From IMG/VR virus record IMGVR_UViG_3300048882_000175, positions 1 to 30,207 of that record: a DNA stretch of 30,207 bases; one strand, 5' to 3'. The translations under genes were made by a program, and so were the position numbers. The stretch is from a virus. Its lineage: Duplodnaviria; Caudoviricetes. The notes under the pieces were generated by a model. It was given only the letters and a program-made list of their open reading frames with translations, had not been told where the DNA came from and did no database searches. Of the stretch, positions 24,102-30,207 are shown piece after piece (position 1 is the first letter of the stretch; each line of letters opens with the position of its first letter).

Positions 24102-24404
24102 ATGAGTAATAAAGACATACATATCGATAGGTGGTTTGAAGATAGAGGCATTACTGAAAACGGCAAACCTCTTAGTCAAGCAATTAAAACTCTTGAAGAG
24201 TTAACAGAGTTATTTGATGCATTAAATAAGAATGATAAATATGAAGTTATGGATGCAATTGGTGATATCTATGTAACACTACGTGGGGTTTGTTTAACCT
24301 ATGGCGTAAGCATGGATGATTGTATTAATCAAGCATATGAAGAAATTAAAGATCGGAAAGGATATTTAACTCCTGAAGGCATGTTTGTAAAGGAGAAACT
24401 ATGA
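24102..24404 (+). CDS. MazG-like nucleotide pyrophosphohydrolase
   Basis: KTLEELTEL...DAIGDIYVTL...AYEEIKDRKG...FVKE pattern. Confidence 0.82.
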   Translation: MSNKDIHIDRWFEDRGITENGKPLSQAIKTLEELTELFDALNKNDKYEVMDAIGDIYVTLRGVCLTYGVSMDDCINQAYEEIKDRKGYLTPEGMFVKEKL

Positions 24405-24532
24405 GTATTATAGACAGAATTAAGTTTCTATTAAATGGTGATGCTAAAGCATTGACTGATAAAGCGTATCAGGAAGGATACGATAAGTGTTTTAATGGCG
24501 CAATGAAATACATGATAAAGGAGAACAAATAA
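24401..24532 (+). CDS. Small hypothetical protein (43 aa), not in the ORF track
   Basis: AAGGAG RBS, ATGA overlap with the mazG stop, ends 1 nt before uvsX: MSIIDRIKFLLNGDAKALTDKAYQEGYDKCFNGAMKYMIKENK. Confidence 0.65.
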   Translation: MSIIDRIKFLLNGDAKALTDKAYQEGYDKCFNGAMKYMIKENK

Positions 24533-24533
24533 T

Positions 24534-25571
24534 ATGGGAATAATGGATAAACTCAAAAAGAATAGTAGAATTAAAGAATCAGCAATTCTAAATAAGTCTA
24601 AACTATTTACTAATCAGGATATGGTACCTACGGAAGTCCCTATGATTAATGTAGCATTGTCTGGTGATCCTGATGGCGGTTTAACCTCAGGCTTAACTGT
24701 ACTGGCGGGACCATCGAAGCATTTTAAGACTTCATTTGGATTATTAATGGCCGCGGCATATCTTAAGAAGCATGAAGATGCTATTATGTTATTCTATGAT
24801 TCAGAATTTGGTTCCCCACAAAGTTACTTTGAAAGTTTTGGCATTGATACTAGTAGAGTATTACATACACCAATTACTGATGTTGAAGAGCTAAAGTTTG
24901 ATGTGGTTAACCAGTTAGAAGCAATTGAAAAGGAAGATAAAGTTATTATTGTTATTGACTCTATTGGTAATCTTGCATCCAAAAAAGAATTAGAAGATGC
25001 TAAGAATGAGAAGAGTGTTGCTGATATGTCTCGTGCTAAAGCCCTTAAAGGTCTATTCAGAATGTGCACGCCATATCTTTCAATGAGAGATATTCCAATG
25101 CTTGCAGTTAACCATACATATCAAACAATGGAGATGTTCTCTAGAGCTGTTGTTTCTGGTGGTACAGGAATTTACTACTCGGCTGATAACATTTGGATCA
25201 TTGGTAGACAACAAGAGAAAGAAGGTAAGGACATTAAAGGTTATAACTTCATTGTTAATATTGAAAAGAGTAGATTTGTTAAAGAGAAAAGTAAGATTCC
25301 TATTTCAGTTACTTGGGAAGGTGGTATTGATAGATACACTGGTTTATTAGATGCTGCACTTGAAGGTGGGTTTGTTGTCAAACCTACTATGGGTTGGTAT
25401 TCAAAGGTAGATGTGAATACAGGTGAAGTATCTGAAGATAAGCTTAGGGCTAAAGCTCTTAATGGTGAGTTCTGGGAACCTATTCTTAGTAATCAAAAAT
25501 TTAAAGACTTCTTAAAGAATAAGTATGAAATTGGCCACGCAGCAATGATTAAAGGTGACATCTCTGAATGA
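24534..25571 (+). CDS. uvsX: RecA-like recombinase UvsX
   Basis: NVALSG, AGPSKHFKT, FYDSEFG, DSIGNLAS and SGGTG motifs. Confidence 0.95.
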   Translation: MGIMDKLKKNSRIKESAILNKSKLFTNQDMVPTEVPMINVALSGDPDGGLTSGLTVLAGPSKHFKTSFGLLMAAAYLKKHEDAIMLFYDSEFGSPQSYFESFGIDTSRVLHTPITDVEELKFDVVNQLEAIEKEDKVIIVIDSIGNLASKKELEDAKNEKSVADMSRAKALKGLFRMCTPYLSMRDIPMLAVNHTYQTMEMFSRAVVSGGTGIYYSADNIWIIGRQQEKEGKDIKGYNFIVNIEKSRFVKEKSKIPISVTWEGGIDRYTGLLDAALEGGFVVKPTMGWYSKVDVNTGEVSEDKLRAKALNGEFWEPILSNQKFKDFLKNKYEIGHAAMIKGDISE

Positions 25572-26926
25572 ATTTAGAAACATTAATACTTAAACATTTA
25601 ATCCAAGATGAGGATTATACCAGGACTACTATACCACATCTTAAGCCAAAGTATTTTGATTCACCTCATAAAACTATTTTCAATGAGATTATATCCTTTG
25701 TTAATACTTATGAGAAGTTACCAAATATAGAAGCATTAAATATTGAACTTCAAAAGAATAAAGATATTAGGCAAGATGAAGTGGCCGAAGTATTTTCTAT
25801 TCTGGGAGTTTTAGATAAACCTTTGGAGGATACTAATAAGGATTGGTTGGTACATCAAACAGAAAGATGGTGTCAGGATAGATCTATTTATTTAGCTATT
25901 ATGGAGTCTATCAATATCATTGATGGTAAACATGATACACTTCAAAAGAATGCTTTACCTGAGTTATTATCTAAGGCATTATCTGTATCATTTGATACTA
26001 ATATTGGCCATGATTATATTGATAACTCAGATGATAGATATGAATTCTACCATAGAGAGGAAGAACATTTACCATTCGATTTGGAAATGTTTAATAAAAT
26101 CACCAAAGGAGGTCTTGTCAATAAGAGTTTGAATATTGCTTTGGCTGGTACTGGTGTAGGTAAATCTCTCTTTATGTGTCATGTCGCTGCCGGTGCTCTT
26201 ACTCAAATGAAAAATGTTTTATACATATCTATGGAGATGAGTGAGGAAAGAGTTGCAGAAAGAATTGATGCTAATCTAATGAATGTTCCTATTGATCAAC
26301 TTGAAAGTTTAAGTAAAGATATGTTCGATAAGAAATTACATAAGATAACAGATGGTGGTATTGGTAAGTTAATCATTAAAGAATATCCTACCGGTGCTGC
26401 TAATGCAAGTCATTTTAGGGCATTACTCAATGAGCTTAAGTTAAAGAAAGAATTTAGACCAGATTTAATCTGTATAGATTATTTAAACATTTGCTCATCA
26501 AGTAGAATGAAAGCTGATGGAGCTGGTGGATCGTATCAATATGTTAAGGCAATTGCTGAAGAGTTAAGAGGCTTAGCTATTGAGAATAATGTACCAATTC
26601 TATCAGCAACACAGACCACAAGAAGTGGTTATGGTAATTCAGATGTAGGACTTGAAGATACAAGTGAGTCATTTGGTTTACCTGCCACAGCAGATCTAAT
26701 GTTTGCTTTAATCTCTACTGAAGAGTTAGAGAATTTAAATCAAATGATGGTGAAGCAATTAAAAAATAGATATAATGATCCTACAGGTAAGACAAAGAAA
26801 TTTGTTGTAGGTATTGATAGGCCTAAGATGAGGCTATATGATGTTGAGGATTCAGCTCAATCATTAAATTTAGGTACTGGTGAAAATACTAGTACTACTA
26901 ACAACTTTGAAGGATTTAAAATATAA
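25568..26926 (+). CDS. gp41: Replicative helicase gp41 (DnaB-like)
   Basis: AGTGVGKS, SMEM, IKEYPTG, IDYLN, SATQTTR, SESFGLPATAD and QLKNRY motifs. Confidence 0.95.
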   Translation: MNLETLILKHLIQDEDYTRTTIPHLKPKYFDSPHKTIFNEIISFVNTYEKLPNIEALNIELQKNKDIRQDEVAEVFSILGVLDKPLEDTNKDWLVHQTERWCQDRSIYLAIMESINIIDGKHDTLQKNALPELLSKALSVSFDTNIGHDYIDNSDDRYEFYHREEEHLPFDLEMFNKITKGGLVNKSLNIALAGTGVGKSLFMCHVAAGALTQMKNVLYISMEMSEERVAERIDANLMNVPIDQLESLSKDMFDKKLHKITDGGIGKLIIKEYPTGAANASHFRALLNELKLKKEFRPDLICIDYLNICSSSRMKADGAGGSYQYVKAIAEELRGLAIENNVPILSATQTTRSGYGNSDVGLEDTSESFGLPATADLMFALISTEELENLNQMMVKQLKNRYNDPTGKTKKFVVGIDRPKMRLYDVEDSAQSLNLGTGENTSTTNNFEGFKI

Positions 26927-27642
26927 TGGGAAGTAAAACAGTAGAAGGATATAAAAAGAATCCTAAGATAGACCACTCAAGAACAATTACTAGCGCTAGG
27001 TTAGTTAGTTATTCTCAACCCTCTAGGGAATTTAAAAAGGAGGGTTTAGAAGATGTAATGGATCTAGTAGCATATTGTGCTAGGGTAAGTAATCCAGCAA
27101 ATCAATATAACACTGAAACGGCAACTAAACTTATTGGGTATTTAGTTAAACATCAACATTGGTCACCGCTTGAAATGGCAAGTGCTTGTATTGAAATTAA
27201 CACTACACGAGATATTGCCAGACAAATCTTACGACATAGATCATTTTCATTCCAAGAGTTCTCTCAAAGATATGCAGATCCAACTAATGATTTAGCATTT
27301 ATGTTACGTGAAGCGCGTTTACAGGATAAGACTAATAGACAGAACTCAGTAGAAAATACTGATGAAACACTATCAGGTATGTGGAGAATTAAACAAGAGA
27401 ATGTAATTAGGGCAGCTTTGGAGGCTTATGATTTCGCCATAAATAATGGTATAGCTAAAGAACAAGCAAGGGTAGTATTACCAGAAGGTAACACAATGAG
27501 TAGGATGTATATGAATGGTACTATTCGTTCATGGATCCATTACATTGATTTAAGATCATCACACGGAACACAGAAAGAACATATTGAGGTTGCCAGAGAA
27601 TGTGCTAAAGCAATTGCTACTATTTTTAAACTTGAGGGGTAA
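26926..27642 (+). CDS. thyX: Flavin-dependent thymidylate synthase
   Basis: HWSPLE, RHRSFSFQEFSQRY (RHRX7S) and EQARVVLP motifs. Confidence 0.95.
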   Translation: MGSKTVEGYKKNPKIDHSRTITSARLVSYSQPSREFKKEGLEDVMDLVAYCARVSNPANQYNTETATKLIGYLVKHQHWSPLEMASACIEINTTRDIARQILRHRSFSFQEFSQRYADPTNDLAFMLREARLQDKTNRQNSVENTDETLSGMWRIKQENVIRAALEAYDFAINNGIAKEQARVVLPEGNTMSRMYMNGTIRSWIHYIDLRSSHGTQKEHIEVARECAKAIATIFKLEG

Positions 27643-27643
27643 T

Positions 27644-27817
27644 ATGATTAATAAAATTAAATCGAAATATAGAGAAAGAGTTAATAATATATTTAAAAAG
27701 AAACCTGACTTTGAAGCCATGTTTAATGATGAAAGGAAAGTAGCTTTAACATGGGAACATAAATATAATAAATTGTATAGACAATTAGGTGCAATTCTAA
27801 AAGAAAGTGATACTTAA
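27644..27817 (+). CDS. Small hypothetical protein (57 aa)
   Basis: In-frame ATG 1 nt after the thyX stop with GAGGGG RBS; preferred over the track start at 27584. Confidence 0.6.
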   Translation: MINKIKSKYRERVNNIFKKKPDFEAMFNDERKVALTWEHKYNKLYRQLGAILKESDT

Positions 27818-27935
27818 ACAATATTGTGTATTATTTCATGATGGGGTAGGAAGAATTATATTAGGTAAATCAAAAGAAGATATTAGACAAAAATATGCTA
27901 ATGTAAGAAATGTATTTGAAATGGGAAGAAAATGA
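27807..27935 (+). CDS. Small hypothetical protein (42 aa), not in the ORF track
   Basis: GTG start; fills the gap and its stop overlaps the queC-like ATG (ATGA); weak RBS. Confidence 0.45.
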   Translation: MILKQYCVLFHDGVGRIILGKSKEDIRQKYANVRNVFEMGRK

Positions 27936-28597
27936 TTAATATTAATGGACTAAATATTGCAACTGATATAGATTCAATTGCTGTAACAGTTTCAGGTGGA
28001 ATTGATTCTACTTTATTATTATATTTAACTGCAAAGTATTTTAATGAGGAAAATATTAACATCGATTTACATCTTATAACTGGTTATCGACACCCAGATC
28101 AATTATCAACTGCTACTAATGTTATTAATTATATTAAAGATAAATTTCCAAATATAAATTGGCAAGAACATCATGCATATGATAATACATGGGATCAATC
28201 AAAGTATGAGTTTAGAGGTCAGGCGGATAAAGATAATAGAGCTCCTTTTCTTAGGTTATATGATATACGACATATTCTACACGGAAGAGTATTAACAACA
28301 TTAACTAAATCAGAGCTTAATTATTGTGAAGAATTTTATCCAAGGGAAGTAGCTAAAATAAGAGTTCGTGAAAAAACTTTTAAATACACTAAAAATTATA
28401 CAGCAAATAATGGCCATACATATATAACACACTTCCCAATTACTTTTAACACAAAAAAGGAAATTATTGATATGTATACAACATTTAATATAGTTGACCT
28501 TTTACCAAAAACAATAAGTTGTTATGGCCAATCAAAAATACCTTGTAAGGTTTGTCCTGCTTGTGTAGAAAAATATAGATTATTAGATTATTATTAA
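27932..28597 (+). CDS. QueC-like PP-loop ATPase (7-cyano-7-deazaguanine synthase-like)
   Basis: SGGIDS PP-loop and C-terminal TISC...PCKVCPAC zinc motif; central region divergent. Confidence 0.7.
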   Translation: MININGLNIATDIDSIAVTVSGGIDSTLLLYLTAKYFNEENINIDLHLITGYRHPDQLSTATNVINYIKDKFPNINWQEHHAYDNTWDQSKYEFRGQADKDNRAPFLRLYDIRHILHGRVLTTLTKSELNYCEEFYPREVAKIRVREKTFKYTKNYTANNGHTYITHFPITFNTKKEIIDMYTTFNIVDLLPKTISCYGQSKIPCKVCPACVEKYRLLDYY

Positions 28598-28624
28598 ACA
28601 AAATGAAATTTTAAAGGAGATAAA

Positions 28625-28756
28625 ATGAGTAAATCAGCAGTTAAATATGTAAAAAGACGTAAGGACCATAATGGTAATTGTATTAGTAAAAAGACATTAA
28701 GTCATGGATCTTATAGATGTAAACGACGACCAAACAGCAAAAGATGCCAAGCATGA
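28625..28756 (+). CDS. Small highly basic Cys/His peptide (43 aa), not in the ORF track
   Basis: AAAGGAGA RBS; MSKSAVKYVKRRKDHNGNCISKKTLSHGSYRCKRRPNSKRCQA; ATGA overlap with the next gene. Confidence 0.7.
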   Translation: MSKSAVKYVKRRKDHNGNCISKKTLSHGSYRCKRRPNSKRCQA

Positions 28757-29073
28757 CACGAGAAAAATTATATAATAAATGGTCCTTTGTTGAAAAAGAT
28801 ATTGATCAAGAACATTGGTACATTAAATTAGAGGGTGGGTTATATCATGGAGTTGTATATAAGTATGAAGCCATTAAATTAAATGAAAGTACTGAGTCTA
28901 TTGACTTTGATTATAATGTTGAAGACTGGGTAGATGAAGACCCTCATGGTGAGCCAAAATTTAATAAAATGGTTGGTGAAATTCTTAAATTAGTATTAGA
29001 TGATGCAGTAAAAGCAGGTGATTATATTATAGGTGATAAAAGTGAACAACGAAGCACTGATAATACTGGCTGA
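28753..29073 (+). CDS. Conserved T4-like hypothetical protein
   Basis: Start at 28753 is coupled to the upstream stop; IKLEGGLYHGVVYKY...FDY...VGEIL pattern. Confidence 0.6.
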   Translation: MTREKLYNKWSFVEKDIDQEHWYIKLEGGLYHGVVYKYEAIKLNESTESIDFDYNVEDWVDEDPHGEPKFNKMVGEILKLVLDDAVKAGDYIIGDKSEQRSTDNTG

Positions 29074-29308
29074 AGAATGTGCTGAGGTGCAACAAGAGGT
29101 ATCAAAGATACTTCGGTTTGGGCCTGAAAAGGATAATTTAAAAAATCTTGAAAAGGAAATAGGAGATGTTATTGCAATGTTGGTTATTTTAGCGCATCAG
29201 GGTATGCTTGATGAGGAAAGAATAATGAGGAGAGTGCCAGCCAAACTACGTAAGCTTAAAAAATGGAGTGATATTAAAGACCTTGATGACATAATCAAAA
29301 GTTTATAA
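29033..29308 (+). CDS. Second MazG-like nucleotide pyrophosphohydrolase
   Basis: EECAEVQQEVSK...EIGDV (EExxE...ExxD); true start may be the GTG at 29042. Confidence 0.7.
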   Translation: MIKVNNEALIILAEECAEVQQEVSKILRFGPEKDNLKNLEKEIGDVIAMLVILAHQGMLDEERIMRRVPAKLRKLKKWSDIKDLDDIIKSL

Positions 29309-29311
29309 ATA
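29304..29311 (+). promoter_or_regulatory. T4-type late promoter
   Basis: TATAAATA overlapping the mazG-like stop, 31 nt before the ATG at 29343. Confidence 0.65.
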
Positions 29312-29342
29312 AGACTATATATTTACAAATATAAGGAATTAA

Positions 29343-30197
29343 ATGTTTGGATTTAAACGTCATCTTTTAGCTGAAAAACTTATCACCTTATCGAATGGTA
29401 AGAAATACGGCCAAATTGTATTTTTAGCCGGTGGTGCTGGCTCGGGTAAAGGTTTTGCCGCTGATAACTTTATGCAAAAGGAGTTATTTAAGGTTAGAGA
29501 TGTAGATGAATGGAAGAAAACATTTCAGAAAATATCAAAACTCCAAAATAAATATCCTGAAATTAAAGGTCTTGACTTAACAAAATCTGATGATGTATTT
29601 AAGCTTCATATCTTTATTAAGAAATTAGGCATTAAGGATAAAACTCTTGATGTAATGTTAAGTCAAATTGAGAATAAAGAGACCTTACCTAATATTATGT
29701 TTGATATTACAGCTAAAGACTTAGGTGATATTAAGCAATTCCTCCCTAGACTATTAAACGCAGGTTATAATCCGGCAAATATCCATTTGGTTTGGGTATT
29801 AACTGATTATGAAATTGCAATTGAACAAAATAAAGATAAATCAAGAGGCCGTGTAGTGCCAGATGACATTATGTTAACCACACATAAAGGTGCTGCTAAT
29901 ACAGTATTTCAATATGTAAATGGTTACTCTAAAAAATTACCATTGAATGGTGAGATACATGTCATATTAAATAATAAAATAAATACTGTTTATTTTAAAC
30001 CTACAGGAGCTGATAATACTTCTAAAATATCTAATAAGAAAAATAGTGAGGTAGTTAAAGACTTTACTTATATTACTCTTAAGGATAGAGGTAAACCAAT
30101 TAAGAAAGAATCACAATGGCAAAAGACTTTGCATACTTGGATAATGAATAGTATTCCTCAAGGTGATTTAAAAGCACATTTAAAAGGGATAACATGA
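29343..30197 (+). CDS. P-loop kinase-like protein (zeta-toxin/AAA_33-like architecture), late-expressed
   Basis: IVFLAGGAGSGKG, DVD, IMFDIT and N...RGRVVP lid-like motif. Confidence 0.68.
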   Translation: MFGFKRHLLAEKLITLSNGKKYGQIVFLAGGAGSGKGFAADNFMQKELFKVRDVDEWKKTFQKISKLQNKYPEIKGLDLTKSDDVFKLHIFIKKLGIKDKTLDVMLSQIENKETLPNIMFDITAKDLGDIKQFLPRLLNAGYNPANIHLVWVLTDYEIAIEQNKDKSRGRVVPDDIMLTTHKGAANTVFQYVNGYSKKLPLNGEIHVILNNKINTVYFKPTGADNTSKISNKKNSEVVKDFTYITLKDRGKPIKKESQWQKTLHTWIMNSIPQGDLKAHLKGIT

Positions 30198-30207
30198 AAT
30201 CATTTAA
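30194..30207 (+). CDS. Start of the next gene (MKSF...), truncated by the window edge
   Basis: ATGA overlap with the previous stop and AAGGGA RBS. Confidence 0.5.

Noticed and set aside
5431-26132. Short + strand ORFs nested out of frame in larger genes (5431, 11082, 11601, 12246, 19226, 21663, 25102, 25920)
   Set aside because: They are fully inside conserved genes and have the Leu/Met-rich composition typical of alternate frames in AT-rich DNA
17557-26926. Introns, inteins or homing endonucleases in gp43, uvsX or gp41
   Set aside because: The ORFs are continuous and of normal length, with no splice-junction or endonuclease motifs seen
28753-29073. Assignment as T4 gp40 head-assembly chaperone
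   Set aside because: The resemblance is only impressionistic and the gene is not between uvsX and gp41; left as hypothetical

Overview
AT-rich (roughly 30% GC by eye) segment of a T4-like myovirus genome of the marine/environmental type, with essentially all genes on the + strand. It opens with the C-terminus of a formate/nitrite-transporter-like gene and a terminator. A late-promoter (TATAAATA) block follows: phoH, gp3, uvsY, uvsW. Next is the core replication/recombination module (gp55, gp47, gp46, gp45, dsbA, gp44, dexA, gp62, regA, hsp20, gp43, uvsX, gp41, thyX), mostly driven by a conserved GTTTAC-N18-TATAAT promoter. Accessory genes are interleaved: two nucleotide-sugar cassettes (cytidylyltransferase-cupin plus SDR; TET-associated-type glycosyltransferase plus small partner, SDR, AEP primase-like gene, UDP-sugar dehydrogenase), a vWA/HEXXH + MoxR/CobS-type AAA+ pair each behind an identical 79-bp promoter cassette with GTATCCC inverted motifs, two tRNAs, two MazG-like genes, a QueC-like gene and a late P-loop kinase with a capsid-targeting-like N-terminus. 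Notable non-coding signals are an antisense early-type promoter back-to-back with gp55, a ROSE-like thermometer before hsp20, a structured gp44 leader and near-leaderless starts for gp43 and a DUF3310-like gene. All calls come from motif recognition by eye; no searches were run.
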